DNA of 34,395 nt from Armatimonadota bacterium (GCA_052386995.1 JBQTJP010000216.1:1-34395), one strand, 5' to 3'. Counted from the stretch's first letter, positions 1 to 9,595 are shown. Notes: generated by a model from the sequence alone, not told the origin. A program made the numbers and translations.

Positions 1-2726
1 TCGACCGCCTGCTCGAGCGCCATCGCGCGACCATGTGCCCAGGCCGACGCAAACGCCTGCTCGCCCATCTTGGCGCGCACGTCGGCCAGGTCGCGTTCGG
101 CGTCCGCGCGCACAGACGCCGGCTGACGTGAGCCACTGGCCTGGCGCAGGGCATCCGCCGCTCCGAACAGACGCGCCGCGCGCGACCACCGCCCCTGCGC
201 CGCCGCCACACCGCCAAGCCGTTCCAGCGACGCGGCGATGGCCGACTTTTGCCCCAACTCCCGAAACGCCGCCAGGCTTTCCTGGAGGAACGCCGCGGCC
301 CGCTCAACCGCGCCCTGATCTCTCGCCATACTCCCCAGGTGGTGGAGCGCCCACGCGATGCCTCCTTTGTCTTTGAGCCCTCGGAACAACGACAGGCACT
401 CCTCAAAGAGCGTGCTGGCCCGCGAGGGATCTCCGCGTTGGAGCGCGACTAAGCCGAGGTAGTAGAGGGAGCTCGCGATGCCCCCGTTGTCTTTCAGCTC
501 GCGGAACAGGTCCAGGCTTTCTTCGAGCAACGTGGCCGCTCGATCATAGTCGCCCTGGTGTCTGGCCAGATCGCCCAACGTGTCGAGTGCGTGCGCGATG
601 CCCCATTTGTATCCCGCCGCTCGCACCACGGCCAGGCTCTCCTCGCACAATGCCGCTGCGCGGATGTCGTCCCCCTGGCGCCGCGCCACGAGGCCCAGGG
701 TGTGCAGCGAGGAGCCCACGCCGAGCTGGTATCCCACCTGCCGGCAGAGGGCCAGTCCCTGCTCACCGAGTGCGGCCGCGCGCGCGTCGTCGCCCTGGCG
801 CCATGCGAGCAGCCCCGCCCCATTGAGCGCCTTTGCCCGAGCGGACGGCGGCGCGGCCGGGCTTGCTGACAACGCTCCCTCCAGCCAATCGCGTCCTTCA
901 CTCAGGTAGCCGCGCATGAACCAGAAAAACCACAGTGCGCCCGCAAGACGTAGGCGCTCGTCCGCGCCGCCGGGCGTCGTCTTGCTCCACTCCAGCGCTG
1001 CCCGAAAGTTGTCGTGCTCTCTCTCCACGCGATCGAGCCACTCCCCCTGCGCGGCGCCCTGCGTGCCGATCTCCGCGCGCTCCGCCAGGCCCAGATACCA
1101 GTCTCGGTGCCGATCGCGGAGCACCGGCTCTTCACCAGCTTCCTGGAGCCTGCGCAAACCATATTGCCGGATCGTCTCCAGCGCCCGGTACCATTCGTGC
1201 CCGTCGTGCTCTTCGGAGATCACCAGCGACTTCTCGACCAGGTGCGTCAGCAGCTCGATCACGTCGTCTTTCGCAATGCCGTCTCCCGTGCAGACCGCCT
1301 CGGCGGCCTCGAGCGTGAACCCTCCGGCGAAGATCGCGAGGCGTCTCAAGAAGGCACGCTCGGGCTCCGGCAGCAGGTCGTAGCTCCAGTCGATCATCCC
1401 CCGCAGGGTCTGCTGGCGAGGCAACGCCGTGCGACTTCCTCCTGTCAAGAGATGAAAGCGGTCGTCCAGCCGCGAGGCGATCTGTTCCACACCCATCGCC
1501 TTCACCCGTACCGCGGCCAGCTCGATCGCCAGCGGAATGCCGTCCAGGCGGGCACAGATCTGCGCGACCGCCCGGGTCTTCTGCGGCGTCAGCGCGAAGG
1601 TCGGCGAGGCGAATGTCGCGCGCTCGACAAAGAGCCTGACGGCGCCATAGTGCATCAGGCCGTTGAGCCCCGGATCGCGCAGGTCCGGAACCGACAGCGA
1701 GGGCACGCGGTAAGTCAGCTCACCGGCGATGCCCAACCCTTGCCGGCTCGTGGCCAGAATCCGCAACCGGAGACAGACGCGAAGCAGACCGTCAGTGAGT
1801 TGCGCGCACTCCGACAACAGGTGCTCACAGTTGTCGAGAATGAGAAGCAGATGTTTGGGCCCGAGGTAGTCGGTGAGCACGGCGAGCATCGACCGGCCCG
1901 GCTGCTCCCGGACACCCAGGGCAGACGCGACCGTCCGGGGAACGAGCGCGGGATCCGAGATCGGCGCAAGATCCACAAACCATACGCCGTCGGCGTACGC
2001 TTCCAACACATCCGCGGCGACCTGGAGGGCCAGCCGCGTCTTCCCGCATCCCCCTGCGCCGGTGAGGGTGAGCAGCGGCGTGGTGGGGAGCAGACGATTG
2101 ACCTCGGCAATCTCCCGCTCTCTGCCGACGAGACTCGTCAATTGCACCGGCAGGTTGTTTGGGAGCACATCGAGCGTGACCAGCGGTGGGAAGACGCCCT
2201 GGAGATCGGCAGGGACGAGCTGAAAGATGTGCTCGGGACGCAGCAAATCCTTGAGCCGGTGGTTGCCCAGATCCCTGAGGGCCATGTCCGTGGGAAGATC
2301 GGCCTCCACCAGGTCTCGCGTGGTCTGCGACAGGAGGATCTGCCCGCCGTGGCCGGCCGCGCAGATGCGAACGGCGCGATGAACATCGAGACCGACGTAG
2401 TCATGCCCCGAAGACGTTGGTTCTCCCGAGTGAAGCCCCATGCGTACGCGCGGCGTTATGCCTTCAGGCCACCGATGCGCGGCAAGCGCCCGCTGCACCG
2501 CGATCGCGGCAAGGAGCGCGTCTTTGGCCCGCTCGAAGACGAAGAGAAATCGCTCTCCCTGATCCTGGTAGACGTGTCCGCCCCCTGACTCGACCGCGTC
2601 CCGCAGCAGCCGTCCATGCTCGGCGAAGGCTTGCGAGGCCGCATCCGCGGAGCGCTGGATCAGGCCGAGGGAGCCTTCGATGTCGGTGAACAGAAAGGTG
2701 ACCGTTCCCGTCGGCAGGGTCGGCAC
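1..2726 (-). CDS. Class III adenylate/guanylate cyclase-like domain + STAND (NB-ARC-type) ATPase + TPR repeats; 3' end runs off the window
   Basis: Absent from the ORF track because no stop falls in the window. Manual translation from GTG 2726 (RBS AAGGAAGG upstream) gives MPTLPTGTVTFLFTDIEGS...VRMGLHSGE...DYVGLDVHRAVRICAAGHGGQILLS, Walker A LTLTGAGGCGKTRLA, Walker B LLLILDNCEHL, then TPR-like helices. The same frame reads ...WAHGRAMALEQAV at base 1. Confidence 0.9.
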   Translation of the reverse strand, partial: MPTLPTGTVTFLFTDIEGSLGLIQRSADAASQAFAEHGRLLRDAVESGGGHVYQDQGERFLFVFERAKDALLAAIAVQRALAAHRWPEGITPRVRMGLHSGEPTSSGHDYVGLDVHRAVRICAAGHGGQILLSQTTRDLVEADLPTDMALRDLGNHRLKDLLRPEHIFQLVPADLQGVFPPLVTLDVLPNNLPVQLTSLVGREREIAEVNRLLPTTPLLTLTGAGGCGKTRLALQVAADVLEAYADGVWFVDLAPISDPALVPRTVASALGVREQPGRSMLAVLTDYLGPKHLLLILDNCEHLLSECAQLTDGLLRVCLRLRILATSRQGLGIAGELTYRVPSLSVPDLRDPGLNGLMHYGAVRLFVERATFASPTFALTPQKTRAVAQICARLDGIPLAIELAAVRVKAMGVEQIASRLDDRFHLLTGGSRTALPRQQTLRGMIDWSYDLLPEPERAFLRRLAIFAGGFTLEAAEAVCTGDGIAKDDVIELLTHLVEKSLVISEEHDGHEWYRALETIRQYGLRRLQEAGEEPVLRDRHRDWYLGLAERAEIGTQGAAQGEWLDRVEREHDNFRAALEWSKTTPGGADERLRLAGALWFFWFMRGYLSEGRDWLEGALSASPAAPPSARAKALNGAGLLAWRQGDDARAAALGEQGLALCRQVGYQLGVGSSLHTLGLVARRQGDDIRAAALCEESLAVVRAAGYKWGIAHALDTLGDLARHQGDYDRAATLLEESLDLFRELKDNGGIASSLYYLGLVALQRGDPSRASTLFEECLSLFRGLKDKGGIAWALHHLGSMARDQGAVERAAAFLQESLAAFRELGQKSAIAASLERLGGVAAAQGRWSRAARLFGAADALRQASGSRQPASVRADAERDLADVRAKMGEQAFASAWAHGRAMALEQAV

Positions 2727-2922
2727 AGGATCCTTCCTTAACACAGCGCGTAGATGGCGTTCTAAACGTACCGACTTCGAGAACTCGCCTGGCGCCTTCC
2801 TTCCGACCACCGCCCGGACCCCCGCTGTCTAAGAACGGGTGAAAGGGGGCACCACCACAATACAATCGAGCCCCTGCCTTGGAGGGCGTTCGTATGCCCG
2901 ATCAGGGGGAGGCATGGTTAGA

Positions 2923-3141
2923 ATGGGTCAGCCCGACGCGAAGATCACTCCGTTCCCCAATCAGGGGAAGAAGTTCGTCGTCACCGTAAAGCTGCCCGCC
3001 CTTGTCCGCCAGATCGAGGTGACGGGCGTGAACAACCCGAGCGAAGCCGTCGCCGCCGCCATGCAAGGCAAAGGCCGTGAGCTCACCTCGAGATACAACG
3101 GGACCATCGTCTACCAGGTTGACGAACAGCGGGACGAGTAG
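2923..3141 (+). CDS. Small hypothetical protein (~72 aa)
   Basis: ATG 2923 with GGAGG at 2908-2912. The translation is protein-like (MGQPDAKITPFPNQGKKFVVTVKLPALVRQIEV...) and the ORF fills the intergenic space. Alternative start at 2914. Confidence 0.65.
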   Translation: MGQPDAKITPFPNQGKKFVVTVKLPALVRQIEVTGVNNPSEAVAAAMQGKGRELTSRYNGTIVYQVDEQRDE

Positions 3142-3257
3142 GTCGCCCTCCCCGTAACCAGTCAGGCTCTACCGCCTCAGGTGTCCATCAGTCCTGGGTA
3201 AGGTATACTTCGGGTCACTACACCACGGATGACGCAAGGAGCGGGGGAAGCCACACC

Positions 3258-3812
3258 CTGAAAATCCTCGGGTTTGCCGGGAGCCTACGGAAGGGATCGT
3301 TCAATCGTGGCGCCTTGCGGACCGCAAGGGAGCTTGTGCCGCCTGGCGCAGCGGTGACTATCGTGGAGCTCGAGGGCATCCCGGCCTACAACTTCGACCT
3401 CGAGGCCACCGCCTATCCCGGCGCCATCACCGCGATCAAGAACGAGATCGCCGTCAGTGAGGCCGTGCTCATCGTGACGCCCGAGTATCTGTTTTCCGTA
3501 TCCGGCGTGTTGAAGAACGCGCTCGATTGGATCAGCCGTCCGCCGAGCACATCCGGGCTGGCCGACAAACCGGTCGGCATCATGGGAGCCTCCCCAGGGA
3601 TGACAGGGACGGCGCGCGCCCAGATGCAGCTGCGGCAGATGCTCCTGCACGAGCGGGCAATGGTCATGGCGTCTCCTCAACTGCTGATCAATGAAGCGCG
3701 ACGCAGGTTCGACGCGGACGGCAACCTGACCGATCCGGAGACTCGGGAACGGATCAAAACCTTCATGGAAGCGCTGGTGCGGTGGACGCAGAGGCTGAGT
3801 GCCTTGGCGTGA
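3258..3812 (+). CDS. NADPH-dependent FMN reductase (SsuE/ChrR flavodoxin-like family); start uncertain (CTG 3258, or frameshifted ATG 3229)
   Basis: The frame reads LKILGFAGSLRKGSFNRGAL upstream of the track's TTG start. Motifs VTPEYLFSVSGVLKNALDWISRP, KPVGIMGASPGMTGTARAQ and FDADGNLTD are present. Confidence 0.9.
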   Translation: MKILGFAGSLRKGSFNRGALRTARELVPPGAAVTIVELEGIPAYNFDLEATAYPGAITAIKNEIAVSEAVLIVTPEYLFSVSGVLKNALDWISRPPSTSGLADKPVGIMGASPGMTGTARAQMQLRQMLLHERAMVMASPQLLINEARRRFDADGNLTDPETRERIKTFMEALVRWTQRLSALA

Positions 3813-3842
3813 CCTCCGCGCGCGCCGCGGCGGTGCGGCCGG

Positions 3843-5135
3843 CTACTCTCTGACCTGCCCGCGACCGAGCACGATCCACTTCAACGACGTGAGCTCGGCC
3901 ACGCCCATGGGGCCGCGTGGGCCAATGCGGTCGGTGCTGATCCCGATCTCCGCGCCGAGACCGAACTCGGCGCCGTCCACCAGCCGCGTGGACGCGTTGA
4001 CCAACACGGCGGCGCTGTCGACGGCGGCAAGGAAGCGGCGCGCGCGCTCGTCGTCTTCGGTGACGATCGCGTCCGCGAGTCCGGTGCTGTGGCGCTGAAT
4101 GTGCGCGAGCGCGTCGTCCAGGCCGTCAACGACGCGGACGCTCAGCACCAGGTCGAGGTACTCAGCGCCCCAATCGGCGTCCGTCGCCGGGATGATTGCC
4201 CGCGAGAGAGCCGCGTCAGCCCCGGCCATGATCGACAGCGTGCGCGGACAGCCCCGAACCTCGACGTTCGCCTCGTGGAGCGATCGGATCACTCCGGGAA
4301 GGAACGCGCCGGCCACGGCCGCGTCGACCAGCAGGGTCTCCAGCGCGTTGCAGGTGCTGGGCCGCTGTACCTTGGCATTGAGCGCGAGGCGCTGCGCCAT
4401 CGCGAGGTCGGCGTCACGATCGACGAACAGGTGGCAGGCGCCTTTGAAGTGCTTCAACACCGGCATCCGCGCGTGCTCGACGACCGATCGGATCAGTCCC
4501 TCGCTGCCGCGCGGAATGACCAGGTCGATCCCCTCCGCGCCGAGGAGCGCGGTGACGAGCGCGTGATCGGAGTCGGCGATGACCTGCACCGCTCCGTCGG
4601 GGAGGCCAACGCGGCTCAGCAGATCGCCGAGCGCGGCGTTTGACCGGCGTGCCTCACGCCCGCCGCGCAAGATCGCGGCGTTGCCGGCTTTCAGGCACAA
4701 CGCCGCGGCATCGAGCGTGACGTTCGGGCGCGCCTCATAGATCATGAGAATGACGCCGATCGGCGCACGCATGCGACCGATCCGCATGCCGTTAGGCCGC
4801 GTCTGGACCTCAATGATCTCGCCAACAGGATCGGGCAACCCGGCCACGGCGCGGAGGCCATCGGCCATCGCGCCCACGCGCTCCCGCGTCAGTCTGAGGC
4901 GATCCAGCAGCGCGGGCCGCACACCCGCGTCCTCCGCGTCCGCGACGTCTTCGGCGTTTGCGCGTAGCAGGGTGTCGGTCTGTGCCTCGAGGGTCTGTGC
5001 CAGGCGGAGCAGCGCCGCGTTCTTGTCGTCCGCTGTAAGCGTACGCAGCGCGGCGGCCGCGGCCCGCGCGCGGGCGACCATCGCCGCGATCTTCCTCGCG
5101 TCGAGGTGCCTGGGTTTGAGCGTCCGTTCCCGCAT
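3843..5135 (-). CDS. proA: Gamma-glutamyl phosphate reductase
   Basis: Motifs IYEARPNVT, KAGNAAILRGG, IPRGSEGLI, catalytic STCNALETLLV and NASTRLVDGAEFGLGAEIGIST...RGPMG. Confidence 0.97.
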   Translation of the reverse strand: MRERTLKPRHLDARKIAAMVARARAAAAALRTLTADDKNAALLRLAQTLEAQTDTLLRANAEDVADAEDAGVRPALLDRLRLTRERVGAMADGLRAVAGLPDPVGEIIEVQTRPNGMRIGRMRAPIGVILMIYEARPNVTLDAAALCLKAGNAAILRGGREARRSNAALGDLLSRVGLPDGAVQVIADSDHALVTALLGAEGIDLVIPRGSEGLIRSVVEHARMPVLKHFKGACHLFVDRDADLAMAQRLALNAKVQRPSTCNALETLLVDAAVAGAFLPGVIRSLHEANVEVRGCPRTLSIMAGADAALSRAIIPATDADWGAEYLDLVLSVRVVDGLDDALAHIQRHSTGLADAIVTEDDERARRFLAAVDSAAVLVNASTRLVDGAEFGLGAEIGISTDRIGPRGPMGVAELTSLKWIVLGRGQVRE

Positions 5136-5146
5136 CTGCCGCCTCG

Positions 5147-6280
5147 CTACGACAGCACCAGGTTATCCCGGTGAATCGCCTCGATGCGACCTCCGGCGAT
5201 GCCCGCGATCTCGCTGCTGCGACGGCCCTTCATGAGATCAAGGGCCACGCGGCCGTGGGCCGTGATGCCGCGGGCGATCTCGTGGCCCGAGCGATCGACG
5301 ACCGTCACGAGGTCTCCGGCGTCAAAGGTACCCTGCACTTCGCTGATTCCCGAAGGGAGCAGGCTTCTGCCGCGCTCACGCAGCGCCTGCGCCGCCCCGT
5401 CGTCGACGACGATTCGGCCGCGGGCGCGGCCGCGCGCAACCAGCCAGCGCTTGCGTCCGACTACGGCGTGTGATGCTGGGAGAAACCATGTGCCCAGCCG
5501 CTCGCCGCGGGCCACACGCTCCAGCACACGGGGCGTCCGGCCGTCGGTCACGACAACGGTACATCCCGCCGCCGTGGCCAGACGCGCCGCCGCCACCTTC
5601 GTTGACATGCCGCCGGTGCCGAGGGCCGAGAGCGTTCGTCTCGCCGCCCGCTCGATCTCGGGCGTAAACGCCGCGACTTCGGGGATCGGGCGCGCGGCCG
5701 GATCGCGCCGCGGATCCCCGGTGTAGAGACCGTCGACGTCGGAGAGCATGCAGAGAACGTCTGCCCCGACGAGGATCGCGACCTGAGCCGACAGCGTATC
5801 GTTGTCACCGATGCGGATCTCGTCGGTGGCGACGGTGTCGTTCTCGTTCACGATCGGGATGATGCGGCGTCGGAGCAGGGCCACCACGGTGTTGCGGGCA
5901 TTCAAGTAACGCCTTCGCACCGCGAGGTCGTCGGCGGTCAACAGGAGCTGCGCCACGTGTATCCGGTATCGCGCAAACCGGCGCGCGTACTCGCGCATCA
6001 GGAGCGGCTGGCCGACCGCCGCCAGCGCCTGGCGTTCCGCGAGCGATGGCGAGCCGTCCAGGTCCAACGCCGCCCCGCCGGTGGCAATCGCGCCGGATGT
6101 CACAAGGACGACAGACCGACCCGATCGATGCAGCGACGCGAGTTGTCCCACGATCGAAGACAGCCGGGCGGGAAGTGGCCGCCGGCCGTCCCCGCACAGG
6201 GTGGTCGTGCCGACTTTGACGACGACCGGCCGCAGAAGGCCGGGGCCGTCCCGTCTGGTCTTCGATTCTGCGCTGCGCAT
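5147..6280 (-). CDS. proB: Glutamate 5-kinase with C-terminal PUA domain
   Basis: Motifs VVVKVGT, VTSGAIATG, AAVGQ, PIVNENDTV, GDNDTLSA, SDVDGLY, GTGGMSTK and PUA SLLPSGI...HRDNLV. Adjacent to proA. Confidence 0.97.
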   Translation of the reverse strand: MRSAESKTRRDGPGLLRPVVVKVGTTTLCGDGRRPLPARLSSIVGQLASLHRSGRSVVLVTSGAIATGGAALDLDGSPSLAERQALAAVGQPLLMREYARRFARYRIHVAQLLLTADDLAVRRRYLNARNTVVALLRRRIIPIVNENDTVATDEIRIGDNDTLSAQVAILVGADVLCMLSDVDGLYTGDPRRDPAARPIPEVAAFTPEIERAARRTLSALGTGGMSTKVAAARLATAAGCTVVVTDGRTPRVLERVARGERLGTWFLPASHAVVGRKRWLVARGRARGRIVVDDGAAQALRERGRSLLPSGISEVQGTFDAGDLVTVVDRSGHEIARGITAHGRVALDLMKGRRSSEIAGIAGGRIEAIHRDNLVLS

Positions 6281-6305
6281 GTGAGCGGCCCGTTCCTGTG
6301 GGGCG

Positions 6306-6335
6306 ACCGTAGCACGCTGGCGACCAGGTGGTCAA
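6306..6335 (-). promoter_or_regulatory. Putative sigma70-type promoter for proBA
   Basis: The minus strand reads TTGACC-18 nt-TACGGT with a TGn extension, about 25 nt upstream of the proB ATG. Confidence 0.5.
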
Positions 6336-6369
6336 GGCGCGCCCCCGCCCAAGGAGCGCCGCAACGGTG

Positions 6370-6378
6370 TGCTACAAT
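6370..6378 (+). promoter_or_regulatory. Putative extended -10 promoter for the PBP gene
   Basis: TGcTACAAT lies about 40 nt upstream of ATG 6420, divergent from the proBA promoter. Confidence 0.5.
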
Positions 6379-6419
6379 AGGGCAAGTTCATCACCTGCGG
6401 GACTCCTGCCGATGAGGTC

Positions 6420-8777
6420 ATGAGGTCAGCGCGCTCCTCAGAGCATCACCGACCGCGACGCGGGACCCGCGGCCGTGGATCGCGCCGCCGTTCGCGGTGG
6501 GCCATGGCCATCCTCGCCACCGCGCTGGGAGGCTTCGTCCTGCTCATCGGAGGCGGCGTGCTGGTCGGCGTGGCCGTCGCCGTGGGCCGGCAGGCACACG
6601 ATGTCTCTCGGCTCTACGCACCGCCGAGTCAGGCGACCCGGATCTACGCCGACGGCGGCGAGCTCATCGCCTCGCTCTTTCGTGAAAATCGGCAGGTCGT
6701 TCCGCTCACCGACGTCCCACCCATCATCCGCCAGGCGGTCCTGGCCATCGAGGACGAGCGATTCTACAGTCACCGGGGCGTGGATCCACGAGCCATCGCC
6801 CGAGCGCTGTGGCGAAACGTCCGCGAGGCCGAGCTCGTGGAGGGCGCCAGCACCATCACGCAGCAGCTCGCGCGTACCGTCTTCCTCACGCAGGAGCGCG
6901 CGATCGGCCGGAAAGTGTCGGAGATCCTGCTGGCGATTGAGATCGAGCGGCGTCTCACCAAGGAAGAGATTCTCGAGCGGTATCTCAACCAGGTGTACTT
7001 CGGCCAGGGCGCCTACGGAATCGAGATGGCCGCCCGCGTGTATTTCGGGAAGCCGGTGAAGAACGTCACGCTTCCTGAGGCCGCGCTGCTGGCCGGCCTG
7101 CTCCGCGCTCCGTCGCTGTACTCGCCGTACAGGAACTTCGCGGGAGCCAAGCAGCGTCAGGAGGCTGTGCTGACGAAGATGGCGTCCCTTGGATTCATCA
7201 GCACCGAGGAGGCCGCCACCGCGCGCGTGGCCAAAGTCACGCTGGTGCCGCCCAACGCGAGCCTGGCCGGGATCCGGGCACCGTACTTTGTCTCGTTCAT
7301 CCTGGCGCGCCTGCTCGAGACCTACGGCGAGGACATGGTCTACAAAGGCGGGCTGAAGGTTTACACCACGCTCGACACGCGGATGCAGGCTCTGGCCGAG
7401 AAGGCCGTCCGCACCGGCATCGCCAACGGCCAGAAGCGGAAGCTCAACATCGGCCAGGCGGCTCTGGTGGCGGTCGACCCCAATACCGGCGCCGTACGCG
7501 CCATGATCGGCGGGACGGACTTCGAGGCCAGCCAGTTCAACCGCGCGTGGCAGGCCCGCCGGCAGCCGGGATCGGCGTTCAAACCGTTCGTGTACACGAC
7601 CGCGATCGATCGAGGGATCCCGCCCACGCGTGTCATTGACGATTCGCCGCTGACGTTCAAGATTCCGGGAACGAAGGACTGGTCCCCCAAGAACTACGAC
7701 CGCCGGTTCTCCGGCCCGGTGACCCTGCGCCGCGCACTCGAGAAGTCGATCAACGTGCCCGCGGTGCGCATGCTCAGCGAAGTGGGTCCCGATCAGGTGA
7801 TCGAGCACGCGAAGAAGATGGGGATCGAGTCTCCGCTCCAGCCGCATCTCTCCCTGGCGCTCGGCACTGCCGAGGTCACCCCGCTGGAGATGGCCACGGC
7901 CTTCTCGACGCTGGCCAACGGCGGGCTGCGCGTGCGGCCGATGTCGATCGTGAAGGTGACCGACGCGCGCGGAAAGGTGCTCGAAGAGCACCGTCCCCTT
8001 CGTGGGGTTGGCCTGCGCGCCGACGTCGCATACGTGATGACCGATATTCTCAAGGGAGTCATTCTGCACGGCACCGGGACCGCGGCCGCGATCGGCCGGC
8101 CGGCGGCGGGGAAGACCGGCACGACAGACGACTACCGCAACGCCTGGTTCATCGGGTACACGCCGCATCTCTCGACGGCGGTCTGGGTGGGGAATGACGA
8201 CAACACACCCATGCGCAGAGTAGTTGGCGGTGGCATCCCCGCCGAGACCTGGGCGGCGTTCATGCGCCCCGCGCTCGCCAAGTATCCGGCCACCGACTGG
8301 TCGCCTCCCGAGGGCGTCGTCGTCACCACGGTGTGCGCGGGCACATGGCTGCTCGCGACGTCGGAGTGCTCTGCACCTCGCCGCGAGGTGTTCACCCGCG
8401 AGTCGGCGCCCACCCGCTACGAGCTCGCCGCGACGTCTGCGGCTGGGAGCGCCGACGGGTCGCCCATTCAGCTCGTCGTCAACCATCCCCAGGATGGCGC
8501 CGCTCTCTTGCCGCCGTTCCTGATCAGCGGCTCGTCGGCGCCCGGTGCGATCGTGACGATCTTTGTCACGGCCGAAGGAGCCGGTGGGGGCGCGCGGGTG
8601 GCCGAGGTCGCGATGCAGACGACGGCCGCCGGAACGTTTGCCTACGAGTTCCGCCCCGCATCGCGGGTGCCGGGAACCCGCTACGTGATCACGATACAGG
8701 CCGTCGGCCTCGACGGAGCGCGTATCTCACGCATCATCACCGTCGCGGACGGCCGGCCCGATCCGGCGGGCCGCTAG
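6420..8777 (+). CDS. Class A penicillin-binding protein (PBP1A family transglycosylase/transpeptidase) with beta-rich C-terminal extension
   Basis: N-terminal TM helix. Glycosyltransferase motifs EDERFYSHRGVD, GASTITQQL, RKVSE and YLNQVYFG. Transpeptidase motifs SAFK (SxxK), SIN (SxN) and KTGT. Confidence 0.95.
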   Translation: MRSARSSEHHRPRRGTRGRGSRRRSRWAMAILATALGGFVLLIGGGVLVGVAVAVGRQAHDVSRLYAPPSQATRIYADGGELIASLFRENRQVVPLTDVPPIIRQAVLAIEDERFYSHRGVDPRAIARALWRNVREAELVEGASTITQQLARTVFLTQERAIGRKVSEILLAIEIERRLTKEEILERYLNQVYFGQGAYGIEMAARVYFGKPVKNVTLPEAALLAGLLRAPSLYSPYRNFAGAKQRQEAVLTKMASLGFISTEEAATARVAKVTLVPPNASLAGIRAPYFVSFILARLLETYGEDMVYKGGLKVYTTLDTRMQALAEKAVRTGIANGQKRKLNIGQAALVAVDPNTGAVRAMIGGTDFEASQFNRAWQARRQPGSAFKPFVYTTAIDRGIPPTRVIDDSPLTFKIPGTKDWSPKNYDRRFSGPVTLRRALEKSINVPAVRMLSEVGPDQVIEHAKKMGIESPLQPHLSLALGTAEVTPLEMATAFSTLANGGLRVRPMSIVKVTDARGKVLEEHRPLRGVGLRADVAYVMTDILKGVILHGTGTAAAIGRPAAGKTGTTDDYRNAWFIGYTPHLSTAVWVGNDDNTPMRRVVGGGIPAETWAAFMRPALAKYPATDWSPPEGVVVTTVCAGTWLLATSECSAPRREVFTRESAPTRYELAATSAAGSADGSPIQLVVNHPQDGAALLPPFLISGSSAPGAIVTIFVTAEGAGGGARVAEVAMQTTAAGTFAYEFRPASRVPGTRYVITIQAVGLDGARISRIITVADGRPDPAGR

Positions 8778-8788
8778 GGGGCGCACGC

Positions 8789-9532
8789 ATGTCGGGGCAC
8801 TCCAAGTGGCACAACATCAAGATCAAGAAGCAGAAAGTGGATCAGGTCCGTGGGACACTGTTCAGCAAGCTGTCCCGCGAGATCGCGGTTGCGGCCAAGG
8901 AAGGGGGCAGCAATCCCGAGGCCAACATCCGCCTGCGGACGGCGATCGAACGCGCGCGCGAGGCCGGGCTGCCCAACGACAACGTCCAGCGGGCGATTCA
9001 GCGCGCGTCAGGCGAGCTCGCGGGCGCGCAGTACGAGACCGTGGTCTATGAAGGCTACGCGCCGGGCGGGGTGGCGGTGATGGTTGAAGCGCTCACCGAC
9101 AACCGCAACCGGACCGCGGGCGAGGTACGCGCGGTCTTTACGCGCAACGGGGGCACGATGGGAGGCGGCTCGGTCGCCTGGATGTTCGAGCGGCAGGGCC
9201 TCATCGCGGTGGAGCGCGGCAAGCACACGGAGGATGAGGTCCTCCTGGCCGCGCTGGAAGCGGGCAGCGAGGACGTGCGCATCACCGACGACGGTTTCGA
9301 GATCGTGACCCGGCCGGAGGACACGTTCAAGATCAAGCAGACCCTCGTCGAGCGCGGCCTGCCGGTCACGCGTGCCGAGATCACGATGCACCCGAAGAAT
9401 ACGGTCCGCGTCGAGGGGCGGGACGCCCAGCAGGTGCTCCGCCTGCTGGAAGGGCTCGAAGACCTCGACGACGTGCAGCACGTCCACGCCAACTTTGACA
9501 TCCCAGACGAGATTCTCCAGCAGGTAGGGTAA
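8789..9532 (+). CDS. yebC: YebC/PmpR (TACO1) family protein
   Basis: Begins MSGHSKWHNIKIKK and contains YEGYAPGGVAVMVEALTDNRNRT and DLDDVQHVHAN. ATG 8789 is in frame with track ORF 8333..9532. Confidence 0.96.
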   Translation: MSGHSKWHNIKIKKQKVDQVRGTLFSKLSREIAVAAKEGGSNPEANIRLRTAIERAREAGLPNDNVQRAIQRASGELAGAQYETVVYEGYAPGGVAVMVEALTDNRNRTAGEVRAVFTRNGGTMGGGSVAWMFERQGLIAVERGKHTEDEVLLAALEAGSEDVRITDDGFEIVTRPEDTFKIKQTLVERGLPVTRAEITMHPKNTVRVEGRDAQQVLRLLEGLEDLDDVQHVHANFDIPDEILQQVG

Positions 9533-9595
9533 CCGACCCGTACAGGCGGCCGTCCCGAGCCGACTATCCACGGGGAGTATCTCTCGCTCTGGAAT

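Noticed and set aside
1014..2588. 524-aa plus-strand ORF
   Set aside because: Antisense shadow of the minus-strand cyclase/STAND gene, which carries the recognisable motifs. Long shadow ORFs are expected at this GC content.
6438..8486. 682-aa minus-strand ORF
   Set aside because: Antisense to the PBP1A gene, with no motifs of its own.
8333..8788. N-terminal extensions in the ORF track for yebC (and likewise queA, yajC, ccmA, the cyt c ORF from 28314 and MvhD from 33811)
   Set aside because: They overlap upstream genes. Family N-termini, RBS positions and stop/start overlaps support the later starts given.
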